Assembly: GCA_024653485.1 (NCBI GenBank)
Contig: JANLFY010000001.1
Span: forward strand, 166,160-230,159
DNA: 64,000 bases
From: Bacillota bacterium
Lineage (GTDB): Bacteria; Bacillota; SHA-98; UBA4971
Direction: 5' to 3'
Shown here: piece by piece, positions 48,521 through 58,143 of the stretch
Position numbering within the stretch: the first letter of the stretch is position 1
How the letters are laid out: every line of letters starts with the position of its first letter
Position numbers and translations under genes: made by a program
The notes under the pieces: generated by a model
The model's input: only the letters and a program-made list of their open reading frames with translations
The model's database searches: none
Told to the model about the DNA's origin: nothing

Positions 48521-49258
48521 CTAGACAGTAGACGCAGGCACATCCGGTACTGGATCCTTGAGGAACTGGGCGAGCATACTTGCGACGAACCTCTGGAACT
48601 GCGGCGTCTTTGCCAGCTCTAGCAGAAGACTGAGGGAACCGGCTGGCACTGGCGGCACTTCGGAACCCTGGAGACCGGGCTCTTCGGTCAACGAGGCCTT
48701 GACTAGGGCGCTGATCTCCGCTAGAGCCCCCGTGGCCTCGTCAGCGAGTTTGAGGGAAGACTGAACCCTGTTGAGAGTGGCGTTCACCGTCCCGTCCGCG
48801 ATGACCCCGCGTAGTGCCACCTTCGCGCGGGACAGCAGGTTAGGCTGCGATGCCTGCGCATCTGACATCTGCGAGGCCTTGTCTGGTCCGTTGCCGCCGT
48901 GCGCGGATCCATCCGAATCGGAGGATGGAGCGTTCCCGCCCGACGCCTGGGAGGCAGCCGGGTTGCGGTGGAGGCGGGAGACCCGCTCGCGGAGGACCTC
49001 CCGATTTCCGGTGCCGGGCCCCACGAAGCCGCCCATGGCCCCGTAGCGTCCTCTCTCGGCTGCGGCAGGCGTTTCCGCCGTGCCGTTCCCGGGCCGGGCG
49101 TTCTCTATGGCGTCGAGCCTAGACGATATCTTGTCGTGCGACTCCTCGAGGCGTCTCAGGGTTCGTTCGAGACGCTGCAAGACAAGGCTCTGCTGGGCGA
49201 CGACCTCCTGTAGCGTCGGCATCTCTCGACGGGAATCCTTGGTATCTTGTACCTCCAT
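48521..49258 (-). CDS. Hypothetical protein with N-terminal coiled-coil and Gly/Ser/Ala-rich low-complexity centre
   Basis: Balanced N-terminal 60 aa (heptad-like LQRLERTLRRLEESHDKISSRLDAIE) and a hydrophobic C-terminal region. No family recognised. Confidence 0.4.
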   Translation of the reverse strand: MEVQDTKDSRREMPTLQEVVAQQSLVLQRLERTLRRLEESHDKISSRLDAIENARPGNGTAETPAAAERGRYGAMGGFVGPGTGNREVLRERVSRLHRNPAASQASGGNAPSSDSDGSAHGGNGPDKASQMSDAQASQPNLLSRAKVALRGVIADGTVNATLNRVQSSLKLADEATGALAEISALVKASLTEEPGLQGSEVPPVPAGSLSLLLELAKTPQFQRFVASMLAQFLKDPVPDVPASTV

Positions 49259-49508
49259 GGAGAACCACCCCGCTCCCTATCTGTGCCCACCAGGTTTCTT
49301 ATCGGTCGGCATTACATTATATGACCTTTCATGAAGACTGTGCGGGGCACGCGCCATCCGGAAGAGGGAGCGCGCCGACGGCTATCGCCTGTCACGCCTC
49401 ACCAAACCCTGCCCTTCGGAATACGATCTATCAGCACCGGGCGGTGGCCCTGTGCGGATACTGCGGTGCGCGGGAAGCCGCAAGCCGGGAAGGTGGGACA
49501 CGACGCCC

Positions 49509-49886
49509 ATGGCGGACGAGTTGGAGGAACTCAGATCGAAAATCCGCGAGACTCTGCAGCAGAACGGAGGAACGTCGCTGGCAGGGGTGCTGCGCGAGGC
49601 GGGCATCTCCCCCGATAGGCAGGAAAAGGTGAAGGGCCTGCTCGGCGGGATGGGCTTTTCAGACGGTCAGCTGCTAGACCCTGCGGAGCTCGCCAAGATC
49701 GCGCAAGGTTTCTTGTCGTCGATGCCAGAGGAGGCCCGGCGCCAGCTCCTCGGGGTAGCTCTCCAAGTGGTGACTGAAATGAGTGGGAAAGGCGTGCCTC
49801 CAGGAATCACGGATGCCTTGTCACGCCAATCGAGCGAGGAAAGCAAGGATGTCCCACCCGATCCGAGCCAACGAGGGAGCGGCTAG
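49509..49886 (+). CDS. Hypothetical protein (125 aa)
   Basis: MADELEELRSKIRETLQQNGG... Start moved to the internal ATG to exclude an Arg-rich extension. No family recognised. Confidence 0.35.
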   Translation: MADELEELRSKIRETLQQNGGTSLAGVLREAGISPDRQEKVKGLLGGMGFSDGQLLDPAELAKIAQGFLSSMPEEARRQLLGVALQVVTEMSGKGVPPGITDALSRQSSEESKDVPPDPSQRGSG

Positions 49887-50064
49887 ATACACGGAGACCG
49901 AGCGAGAGCGCGCGGGGAACCAACCAACACGGCACCCCATATGATAGTAGCGAGGTAGGCACCGACGAACGAGGTTGCCTGCGGCAAAGTGGCATGACGA
50001 GTCCGGTGAGGCAGGGTGGGTCTCGTGAAAGTGCACGCGAACGAAAGCAAAGGGGGGTATGACC

Positions 50065-50172
50065 GGTGACGCAAGAGGTCCAATTCTGGTGGATAATCAT
50101 ACTGCTATTCGTCTTGCTCATCCCGATATTCTTGATCTTCTTCCCAATCTGGCCGTGGAGCAAGAAGGCCTG
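50065..50172 (+). CDS. Small hydrophobic single-helix peptide, paralog 1 (35 aa: VTQEVQFWWIIILLFVLLIPIFLIFFPIWPWSKKA)
   Basis: GTG start 8 nt after AAAGGGGGG. One predicted TM helix. Shares a (Q/E)xx(F/H)WWI(I/V)ILLFVLL(I/L)P core with two downstream copies. Confidence 0.5.
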
Positions 50173-50304
50173 ATCCCGCACATGGCTGCATGAAGTGAGG
50201 GACGGCAAAGTGATCGTCGGGCGGCCTGACCAGGGAAGCGACTTGGGGTCTCCATGGGAAGGCCGCGCGAGACCTCGTGACACACGAGGAAAGGAGGTCT
50301 CCCC

Positions 50305-50412
50305 ATGACCCAGGAGATCGAGTTCTGGTGGATAATCATACTGCTCTTCGTCCTGCTCATCCCGCTCTTCTTGGTCTTCCTCCCGCTCTTTTCTTGGGGC
50401 AAGGGCGCGTAA
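50305..50412 (+). CDS. Small hydrophobic single-helix peptide, paralog 2 (35 aa: MTQEIEFWWIIILLFVLLIPLFLVFLPLFSWGKGA)
   Basis: ATG 6 nt after GAAAGGAGGT. Differences from copy 1 are mostly synonymous or conservative (V/I, I/L, F/L), consistent with selection on the peptide. Confidence 0.6.
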   Translation: MTQEIEFWWIIILLFVLLIPLFLVFLPLFSWGKGA

Positions 50413-50459
50413 CGCTTGCTGCGGGCTGGGTGAAGTCTGGGAAACGGGGGGAGCGGACC

Positions 50460-50573
50460 GTGGTCCAACAACTCGAACACTGGTGGATCGTCATTCTCCT
50501 GTTCGTTCTGTTACTCCCGGAGCTCATCTCTCTATCCGCGGCGCTCGTCTCGATCCGTGCTAGGAAACCATGA
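50460..50573 (+). CDS. Small hydrophobic single-helix peptide, paralog 3 (37 aa: VVQQLEHWWIVILLFVLLLPELISLSAALVSIRARKP)
   Basis: GTG after GGGGGGAG. More diverged at the DNA level but keeps the (F/H)WWI(I/V)ILLFVLL(I/L)P core and a hydrophobic helix. Confidence 0.5.
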   Translation: MVQQLEHWWIVILLFVLLLPELISLSAALVSIRARKP

Positions 50574-50758
50574 CCTGCTTGCCAACTCACAGCCTCCTCG
50601 CAGAAGGGCCTTCGGCCTCGACGGCCGGGGCCCTTCTGCGTTGACGAGAGGCCTCTTGGCGGCTCTTCCCCCGGGGGGGGGCCCTCCACTCACCGACCCT
50701 TGCCTTCAGGAATATCATTTAGCGTCGCTGAAATCCGCCGTAGAGGAGGACCAGGCAC

Positions 50759-51940
50759 ATGCTCCCGACTTATGCCGCCTACCTTATGGCACTTGCTATC
50801 CTCGCGCGCAAATCGCGCCGCGGAGCGGGGAGGACCAGATCAAGGGTGGTCCGGAAAATCGTCTTGTTTAGGCCGGGCGTGGAACCCGAAAAGGTCCGCT
50901 CCCTGGTCGAGGAGTGCGGGGGAAGGCTCAAGAAGCGACTGCCAATAGTGAACGGCGCAGCGTGCGTCTTTCCCGAGGAAGCGACGGCCATGAGCCTCCT
51001 TTCACGCTCAGGCGAGGTGGCGTGGGTGGAGGACGATTTCGTCGTCTCTGTTACGAGTGCTTGCTTGTTCGGTCCGGGACCGCGTCCCAAGCCGCGTCAA
51101 CAGGTTGTGCCCTGGGGGATCACGAAGGTGCGGGCTCCCGAGGCCTGGAGCCGCGCCACCGGAAGGGGAGTGCGCGTGGCCGTGCTCGACACGGGCATAG
51201 ACGCCGACCACCCTGACCTCAAACCGAATGTCGACGGCGGGTTCGACTGCATCAACGAGACGACGACCATAGCCGACGACAACGGCCACGGCACGCACGT
51301 GGCCGGAACCATCGCGGCACTGGACAACGATATCGGGGTCGTGGGGGTGGCGCCCGAGGCACGGCTTTACTCCGTGAAGGCTTTCGATTCTCGGGGCCAG
51401 GGTCAGGTGTCTGACATAGTGCAGGGCGTGGAGTGGTGTATTACCAACCGTATGCAGGTCATCAACATGAGCTTCGGAACCCCCGATTCCAGCAAGGCCC
51501 TGACCATCGCCATCGAACAGGCTGCTCGTGCAGGCATCGTGATGGTCGCGGCCGCGGGCAACGACGGCAAGCGTGATCACGTGCTGTACCCAGCCCGTGA
51601 TCCCAATGTGATCGCCGTGGCCGCATCAACCCGTGACGACCGCGTGGCTTCGTTCAGCAACTCCGGCGAACAGGTGGCGGTCGCCGCGCCCGGTGAAGAT
51701 ATCTTCTCGACGCACAGGGACGGCGGGTACAAGACCTTGGCCGGCACGTCCATGGCTTGCCCTCATGTCGCCGGAATCGCCGCGCTGATCCTCTCGGCCT
51801 CGCCAGGCCTCGACAGGGACGCTGTCCGGGACATTCTGTGCAAGACAGCCACCCGGCTGCCAGGGTTTGCCCCTGACCAGCAAGGATCGGGCATAGTGAA
51901 CGCCCTGGAGGCGGTCGCTCGTGTTCGTCTGTCGCCCTGA
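50759..51940 (+). CDS. Subtilisin-like serine protease (peptidase S8) with N-terminal I9 inhibitor-type propeptide and no obvious signal peptide
   Basis: Catalytic triad motifs VAVLDTGID, HGTHVAGTIAA, GTSMACPHVAGIAALI. The propeptide-like region precedes the catalytic domain. GAGGAGGA SD 9 nt before the ATG. Confidence 0.85.
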   Translation: MLPTYAAYLMALAILARKSRRGAGRTRSRVVRKIVLFRPGVEPEKVRSLVEECGGRLKKRLPIVNGAACVFPEEATAMSLLSRSGEVAWVEDDFVVSVTSACLFGPGPRPKPRQQVVPWGITKVRAPEAWSRATGRGVRVAVLDTGIDADHPDLKPNVDGGFDCINETTTIADDNGHGTHVAGTIAALDNDIGVVGVAPEARLYSVKAFDSRGQGQVSDIVQGVEWCITNRMQVINMSFGTPDSSKALTIAIEQAARAGIVMVAAAGNDGKRDHVLYPARDPNVIAVAASTRDDRVASFSNSGEQVAVAAPGEDIFSTHRDGGYKTLAGTSMACPHVAGIAALILSASPGLDRDAVRDILCKTATRLPGFAPDQQGSGIVNALEAVARVRLSP

Positions 51941-51998
51941 CTGTTCCACCCGGGGATTCTCACCCGGAGTACTCCTGTGTGTGACGAGGTGATCCGCT

Positions 51999-53084
51999 GT
52001 GGCCCAAGTGTCCCGCGTCCTTGAGGACGCAACATGGCAGCTTTTGGGTCTACCGAACGTGGTAGGCGTGGGCCGCGGATACAAGGTTACCGCCGGCATC
52101 CGTGGCTCCACTGAGTGTATTGTCGTGCTCGTGAAGAAGAAACTACCGAGGGGAGTTCTCGAGACTCAGGCAATGGCTCCCGCCGAGGTGCATGGGGTTC
52201 CCACCGACGTCGTGGAGGTCGGGGAGATACGGTTCCTTGAAGGAGGCGCTGAAGGCGCAGGCGATGAACCGGTCGACACACCGACCTGGACTGAAAGGCC
52301 CCGCAGAGGGGCGCGGATTCGCCCTGCTCGGCCTGGCGTCAGCATTGGTCACTATCAAGTGACCGCGGGCACGCTGGGGGCGATAGTGTGGGACAGGAAG
52401 ACTGGGGAGCCTTTCATCCTGTCCTGCAACCACGTGCTCGCCAACGCCACCTCTGGTCGGGACGGCAGAGCGAAGCTGGGCGACCCCATCGTCCAGCCCG
52501 GCGCGGCTGACGGGGGGACTGTCGACCGAGATCAGATCGCCGTTCTCGACAGGTTTGTTCCGATCCACATGTCAGGGAGGGTGCCTGCATGCCTTGCCTC
52601 GAAGGCAGCCGAAAGGCTCCTCAACAACTGGCTGCGGGTTACGGGCGTCGCGGCCAGGGTGGAGATGGTGACCAGGTACTCTACCATGGCCGTGAACACC
52701 GTGGATGCCGCATTGGCCCGTCCGCTCCACCGGAGCTCCGTCGAACCGGCCATCCTCGGGCTCGGCGAGCTGCGGGGAGCTGCCGATCCCGAACTTGGCA
52801 TGGCGGTGAGGAAGAGCGGCCGGACCACCGGTGTGACCGCGGGCGAGATAACCTCGGTCGACACTACCACGAGGGTTGTGTACACGGGCAATGTGACCGC
52901 GACTTTCCGAGACCAGATAGTGACCGGTCCGATGGGCGAAGGAGGAGACTCCGGCTCGGTCCTGGTGGACGCCGACATGCGAGCGGTGGGACTCCTCTTC
53001 GCCGGCTCTGACAAGGCGACGCTTTACAACAGGATCACGAACGTCTTGGACGCGCTGGCCGTAACGATTGAGCGCCCGAGCTGA
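51999..53084 (+). CDS. Trypsin-like serine protease (S1/chymotrypsin fold) with N-terminal pro-region and no signal peptide
   Basis: GDSGS catalytic-serine motif (GEGGDSGSVLVD), His region SCNHVLAN, Gly-rich beta-barrel segments. GTG start after GAGGTGA. Confidence 0.7.
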   Translation: MAQVSRVLEDATWQLLGLPNVVGVGRGYKVTAGIRGSTECIVVLVKKKLPRGVLETQAMAPAEVHGVPTDVVEVGEIRFLEGGAEGAGDEPVDTPTWTERPRRGARIRPARPGVSIGHYQVTAGTLGAIVWDRKTGEPFILSCNHVLANATSGRDGRAKLGDPIVQPGAADGGTVDRDQIAVLDRFVPIHMSGRVPACLASKAAERLLNNWLRVTGVAARVEMVTRYSTMAVNTVDAALARPLHRSSVEPAILGLGELRGAADPELGMAVRKSGRTTGVTAGEITSVDTTTRVVYTGNVTATFRDQIVTGPMGEGGDSGSVLVDADMRAVGLLFAGSDKATLYNRITNVLDALAVTIERPS

Positions 53085-53235
53085 GGAACCAAGGCGGATC
53101 GGATCGGCACGGAACAACTCAGCGAGACGCGGAGGAGCGGCTAGCAAAGCAGGAAAACCAAGTCAGGTGACGAAAAACGAGAACATGACGTGGGATCGGT
53201 CGAGGGCACACGCCGGTCCCGGAGGTGAACGGGTC

Positions 53236-53823
53236 GTGAAGGCGGTCGCCATTGCTGTCCTGAGCTATCTGATAGGGTCGATCCCCTTCTCTTACCTGTC
53301 CGCGATGGTTTTCAAGAGGACCGATGTGAGGAAGGTGGGATCGAGGAACGTCGGCACGACAAACGTGCTTAAGTCCGCAGGCCTCATTCCCGGCCTCATC
53401 GCCGCCGTAGGTGACTGCGGCAAGGGAGTCTTGGCCGTGCTCATCGCGAGAGCCACGGCTCCCGAGTTGTACTGGATGACATTCGCAGCCGGCCTTCTGG
53501 CTGTCGTCGGGCACAACTGGCCGATCTGGCTCGGGTTCCACGGAGGAGGAGGCCTGGCGACGTGCATTGGCAGCTTGTTAGTGCTCTCGGCGGCGTCCGT
53601 GTTCTATCTGCTCGCCCTGTGGGGCGCCTCCTACGTCCTCACGAGACACAAGTACGCGAGCTCCCTGTTCGGTTGCATGTCGCTGCCGGTGTTCCTGGGA
53701 GTATACGAGCAGTCCTGGGCGTACTTCGGGTTTGGGTTTGGCATGGGCGTTCTCCTCGGTGCGAAGCAGGTGCTCGCGTGGTTGAGATACGGTAAGAAGC
53801 CCGAGAGCATCGCGGCGTGCTGA
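53236..53823 (+). CDS. plsY: Glycerol-3-phosphate acyltransferase PlsY (acyl-phosphate dependent)
   Basis: YLIGSIPFSYL...GSRNVGTTNVLKSAG...GKGVLAVLIA PlsY motifs. GTG start after GGAGGTGA. Confidence 0.85.
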   Translation: MKAVAIAVLSYLIGSIPFSYLSAMVFKRTDVRKVGSRNVGTTNVLKSAGLIPGLIAAVGDCGKGVLAVLIARATAPELYWMTFAAGLLAVVGHNWPIWLGFHGGGGLATCIGSLLVLSAASVFYLLALWGASYVLTRHKYASSLFGCMSLPVFLGVYEQSWAYFGFGFGMGVLLGAKQVLAWLRYGKKPESIAAC

Positions 53824-53974
53824 TGCCCACGTGCCGCCCGTCCGGACGTGCCCATTCCCAACGGGTCGCACGCGACGGCAGACTCGGGGGCGCTGAAGGC
53901 CCAAACTCGGGAGCGACGAAGGCCGTGGCACACGGGCGCCGCTCCCGTTGAGTTTGCAGCAAAGGAGGAGCAAG

Positions 53975-55102
53975 GTGGCAAGCAGGGTATACGTCACGAA
54001 CATGAGGACGAAGAGCGGCCTTTCTTTGGTGGACAAGGTCGGTCTGTTGTTCGACGCTGCGGGGTTTGCGCAACTCTTCGGAAAGGACGATCTCGTCGCG
54101 ATAAAGCTGCACGTAGGAGAGCCGGGCAACATCGCGTTCATCCCGCCGCCGCTCGTCAGGAGGGTCGTCGACAAGATAAAGGCCGCGGGCGCACGCCCGT
54201 TCCTTACCGACTCGAATACCCTGTACGTCGGCAGACGATCGAACGCCGTGGACCACACCATATCCGCGTTGGAGAACGGGTTCACGTACGCGACCGTGGG
54301 GGCACCTTTCATCGTAGCCGACGGCTTGACAGGCCATGAGCACGTGAAAGTGCCCATCGACGGCGTGCGCCTCAAAGAAGTCCGCATAGGGGCTGCTATC
54401 GCCCAGGCAGACGCCATGATAGCCCTCTCGCATTTCAAAGGCCACGAGGCCACGGGCTTCGGGGGGGCCATCAAGAACGTCGGCATGGGTTCCGCGAGCC
54501 GCGGTGGCAAGCAGGAGCAACACTCGAACCTCAAGCCAGCGGTGCGTCTCGAGAAGTGCACCGGGTGCGGCAGGTGCGTCAGGTGGTGTCCCGCCGGGGC
54601 TCTTTCGGTGGGCGATGATAGAAGGGCACACATAGATCCGGAGCGCTGCATCGGCTGCGCTGAGTGTACGATAACGTGCAACAACAGAGCCATCAAGGTG
54701 CAGTGGGAGGAAGGCGAGGAGGGAAGCCTCCAGGAAAAGATGGCCGAGTATGCGCTCGGGGTCGTAAAAACCAAGGCGGGCAAGTGCGGCTTCATGAACT
54801 TCGTGATGAACGTCTCGCCCCAGTGCGACTGCTACGCGTGGAACGATGTCCCCATCGTGCCGAGCGTCGGCATCCTGGCTTCGTGCGACCCCGTTGCCGT
54901 GGATGCAGCCTCGGTCGATTTGGTCAACCGGGCGACGGTTCTCCCAGGGTCGGCCGTTGATCGCTCCGATGAAGCCGGTCCTCACGCGGACAAGTTCGCA
55001 GCCCTGTATCCGGATGTGGACTGGACCGTGCAGCTGAGGCACGGCGAGCGGATTGGGCTCGGGACGCGGGATTACGCGCTTGTGCACGTGGCGATGGTCT
55101 GA
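53975..55102 (+). CDS. DUF362 domain protein with internal 2x[4Fe-4S] ferredoxin domain
   Basis: DUF362 N-terminus (VYVTNMRTK...), CTGCGRCVRWCP and CIGCAECTITC cluster motifs. GTG start after AAAGGAGGAG. Confidence 0.75.
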   Translation: MASRVYVTNMRTKSGLSLVDKVGLLFDAAGFAQLFGKDDLVAIKLHVGEPGNIAFIPPPLVRRVVDKIKAAGARPFLTDSNTLYVGRRSNAVDHTISALENGFTYATVGAPFIVADGLTGHEHVKVPIDGVRLKEVRIGAAIAQADAMIALSHFKGHEATGFGGAIKNVGMGSASRGGKQEQHSNLKPAVRLEKCTGCGRCVRWCPAGALSVGDDRRAHIDPERCIGCAECTITCNNRAIKVQWEEGEEGSLQEKMAEYALGVVKTKAGKCGFMNFVMNVSPQCDCYAWNDVPIVPSVGILASCDPVAVDAASVDLVNRATVLPGSAVDRSDEAGPHADKFAALYPDVDWTVQLRHGERIGLGTRDYALVHVAMV

Positions 55103-55191
55103 TTCCAGCGATCTCGGCGCGTGTCCCGCGCCCGGATCGCCCTCGCCCCGGACATACTAAGCGTGGTCGGAAGGATGCCCCGCGTCTTGCG

Positions 55192-56898
55192 GTGCATGAG
55201 GCCACGACGTGTGCGATGAGTGCTCGAAGGCCCGGCGGGGCGTTCATGGAGGACGAGAGAGTGCCAGGCGTTTACGTGACGGAAAGAAACTTTGGGGATG
55301 TCGCGATAGACCTCTATACCGTTGTAGAGAGCGTCGCTCCCGAATGGCTTGCGGGCGCAAGGTGGCTTCAGCGCAAAGACATCCCCATCAGCCAGGTAAA
55401 GGTGCGCGATCTCGGGACGCTCGCTGGAGACGAGTCAGCGTTGTGCGTCCTCACAGTGATCGAAGTCGTCTTTCACGCGCGAGGCGAGGAGAAGGAGCGT
55501 TCGGACCTCTACAATGTGCCTTTGGTCGTCGCGATGCGAGGCGTGGAGACGGGGAGCGAGCCGCTCGCCCAGATAAGGGGTCCAGGCTACGAGGCGCTCG
55601 TGTACGACGCCGCTGATACCGCCATGTTTGCGAGGGCGGCGTTGGAAGGTGTCAGACAAGGGACCGTAGTGGCCACTGCGGAAGGCGCGTTCGAGTTTCG
55701 CGGCGCCGGTCCCGGCGCGCCGGGTGCGGTGCGCGCAGCGACGAAGCTGCCGGGAACTTCCACGAACACGCTCGTTGCCGTGGACTCCACATGGATCATG
55801 AAGGTCTACCGCAGGATGGTCCGGGGCGCGTCCCCGGACCTCGAGATGAGCGTGGGGTTGACCAAAGCGGGTTTCGGCCACATGCCCGCGACAGCTGGCT
55901 ACGCGGTGTACAGGACGCGCGACGGGGCGTCCTTCCCCATCTTCTTGGTGCAGCAATTCGTGCCAAACCATGGTGAAGCGTGGCGAAGATTCCTCGCCGA
56001 CGCTGCCGCCTTCGTTCGCGGCGGGGAGGCAGAGGGGGAAGGTGGCAAGGATCGGAGTGCGGCCCGCCTCGGTGAGATAACTGCCGAGCTTCACTGCGCT
56101 TCCGCTCGCGTGGGTGATGACGCGTTTCGTCCTGTGGACATGGACTCCCGCGACGTCCTTGCCCTTGAGCAAAGTCTGGGCGGGTCGGTGAGTGAGTCCA
56201 TGAAAGCACTCCGGCAGGCCGAGGGACGCTACGAACAGCCGTATACCGGGATGATCCGCGACGCGGCGCGACGCGCAGACGACCTCATCGCGCTAGTGAA
56301 GCGGGCGTGCCGCGGCCTCGAATCCGGTCGAGACCTGGGCAAGAAGATCCGAATCCACGGCGACCTGCACCTCGGCCAGTTCCTGGTGATTGCTGGGGAA
56401 GCTAGGAACTGCGGCGAGGACTTCGTCGTGATAGACTTCGAAGGGGAGCCTTTGCGCCCTTCCGAGGAGAGGAGACTGAGAGCGAGCCCCTTGCGGGACG
56501 TGGCGGGGATGCAGAGGTCGTTCGATTATGTGGCCTACTCGGCGGTCCTAGCACCTGAGGGGAACCGGTCGGAATATGGCGGAGGTGCGTCTGCCGCGCC
56601 GGCGCACGCCGGAAGAGGGGAGATCGAGCATGCGCTCTTTCAGAGGGCGAGGGCTTGGGGCAGACGAGCGGCAGCGGCGTTCCTCGCGGGCTACCTGCAG
56701 AGAATACGGCGCGACGCCCCGGACCTCGTGCCGGGGGACGACAAAGACTTCAGGCTGTTGCTCACGTCTTTCAAGCTGGAGAAAGCCCTCTACGAGGTGA
56801 GATACGAGCTCTGGAACCGTCCCACATGGGTGGAGATCCCCATCGCGGGAGTCCTGGATTGCATGGAGGAACTCGGCGGCCTTGTTGGGAGGCCGTGA
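55192..56898 (+). CDS. Maltokinase-like protein (Mak/Pep2 family, aminoglycoside-phosphotransferase fold) with N-terminal extension
   Basis: Kinase catalytic-loop motif IHGDLHLGQ and DFEGEP, as in maltokinases of the GlgE alpha-glucan pathway. Start uncertain. ATG 55246 is the alternative. Confidence 0.55.
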   Translation: MHEATTCAMSARRPGGAFMEDERVPGVYVTERNFGDVAIDLYTVVESVAPEWLAGARWLQRKDIPISQVKVRDLGTLAGDESALCVLTVIEVVFHARGEEKERSDLYNVPLVVAMRGVETGSEPLAQIRGPGYEALVYDAADTAMFARAALEGVRQGTVVATAEGAFEFRGAGPGAPGAVRAATKLPGTSTNTLVAVDSTWIMKVYRRMVRGASPDLEMSVGLTKAGFGHMPATAGYAVYRTRDGASFPIFLVQQFVPNHGEAWRRFLADAAAFVRGGEAEGEGGKDRSAARLGEITAELHCASARVGDDAFRPVDMDSRDVLALEQSLGGSVSESMKALRQAEGRYEQPYTGMIRDAARRADDLIALVKRACRGLESGRDLGKKIRIHGDLHLGQFLVIAGEARNCGEDFVVIDFEGEPLRPSEERRLRASPLRDVAGMQRSFDYVAYSAVLAPEGNRSEYGGGASAAPAHAGRGEIEHALFQRARAWGRRAAAAFLAGYLQRIRRDAPDLVPGDDKDFRLLLTSFKLEKALYEVRYELWNRPTWVEIPIAGVLDCMEELGGLVGRP

Positions 56899-56943
56899 CG
56901 CAGGCCCACGCGGAGTCTGGGCCTTCTGCCTAGCACGGTCAGA

Positions 56944-58143
56944 GTGCAAGTGATGAGGAGGACGATGGCTGCGATGGAGAGGCGGCTGTCCGTGACGATG
57001 ATGACAAACGAATACCCGCCTAATGTGTACGGCGGAGCCGGGGTCCACGTGGACTACCTGTCGCGGGCGCTGGCGAAGACGGTGGACGTGGAGGTCAGGT
57101 GTTTCGGGGATGAACGCACGGGGCCGGAGGATATGACGGTGCGGGCTTATGAGCCGTGGGAGCTCGTGGCGAGAGACGGCGACCCGCGCTGCGCGAAGGC
57201 GCTCTTGCCGCTATCGACCAACCTCGCCATGGTGAAAGACCCGATCAAGTCCGACGTGGTCCATTGTCACACCTGGTACACGTTCATGGCGGGGTTCTAC
57301 GCGAAGGAGCTGTACGGGAAGCCGCTAGTCACCACAATCCATAGCCTCGAGCCGCTCCGCCCGTGGAAAGAGGAGCAGCTGGGTCCGGCATACAGGCTCA
57401 GCCGGTGGATGGAGCGCACCGGCGTGCTGGCGTCAGACAGGGTGATCGCGGTCTCGGAGGGGATGAAGAAAGACATCCTCAAGTGCTACACTATTCCAGA
57501 GGACCGCATCCGGGTCATCCACAATGGCATTGACCTCGACGAATATAAGCCAGTCCGCACGAACGACGCACGCCGCGAGTACGGCGTAGGCGACAAGTAC
57601 GTGCTCTTCGTGGGGCGGATGAGCAGACAGAAAGGGATAATCCACCTTCTCGACGCCGTCCCATACTTGCCCGAGGACGTCCAGATCGTGCTGTGCGCGG
57701 GCGCGCCTGACACAGAGGAGATAGAGCGTGAGGTGGTGGAGCGCACGGCGGGCAGGCCCAATGTCGTGCTGATCCGGGAGATGGTCCCAAAACGCAAGAT
57801 CATCGAGCTATATACTAACGCAGCCGTGTTCTGCTGCCCTTCCATTTATGAGCCGTTCGGCATAATCAACCTCGAGGCCATGGCGTGCGAGACTCCCGTT
57901 GTGGCGTCGGCCGTGGGCGGCATACCTGAGGTCGTGGTCGACGGAGAAACGGGGTTCCTGGTTGAGCCGGGCGATCCGCAGGCACTTGCCCGGGCTATAA
58001 ACACACTGCTCCGTGACGGTGAACTAGCCCGGTCCTTTGGTGCGGCGGGTCGAAAACACGTGGAGGCCCGTTTCAGCTGGGACGCCGTCGCCCTTAAGAC
58101 TAAAGACCTCTACGCTGAGCTGGTGGAGCCGTCGCACAGCTAG
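56944..58143 (+). CDS. GT4 glucosyltransferase of the GlgM / Corynebacterium-type glycogen synthase family (alpha-maltose-1-phosphate synthase-like)
   Basis: N-terminal TNEYPPNVYGGAGVHVDYLSRAL and the GT4 E-X7-E region closely resemble GlgM (Rv1212c-like). Exact start Met uncertain. Confidence 0.8.
   Translation: MQVMRRTMAAMERRLSVTMMTNEYPPNVYGGAGVHVDYLSRALAKTVDVEVRCFGDERTGPEDMTVRAYEPWELVARDGDPRCAKALLPLSTNLAMVKDPIKSDVVHCHTWYTFMAGFYAKELYGKPLVTTIHSLEPLRPWKEEQLGPAYRLSRWMERTGVLASDRVIAVSEGMKKDILKCYTIPEDRIRVIHNGIDLDEYKPVRTNDARREYGVGDKYVLFVGRMSRQKGIIHLLDAVPYLPEDVQIVLCAGAPDTEEIEREVVERTAGRPNVVLIREMVPKRKIIELYTNAAVFCCPSIYEPFGIINLEAMACETPVVASAVGGIPEVVVDGETGFLVEPGDPQALARAINTLLRDGELARSFGAAGRKHVEARFSWDAVALKTKDLYAELVEPSHS

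Larger units (their letters stand above)
50065..50573 (+). repeat. Tandem array of three paralogous small-peptide cistrons, each with its own SD
   Basis: Copies 1 and 2 are ~85% identical at nucleotide level over the coding core. Copy 3 is diverged. Confidence 0.6.

Noticed and set aside
53578-55087. Two overlapping long minus-strand ORFs (405 and 482 aa)
   Set aside because: Antisense to plsY and the DUF362/ferredoxin gene. Arg/Pro/His-rich with no domain signatures.
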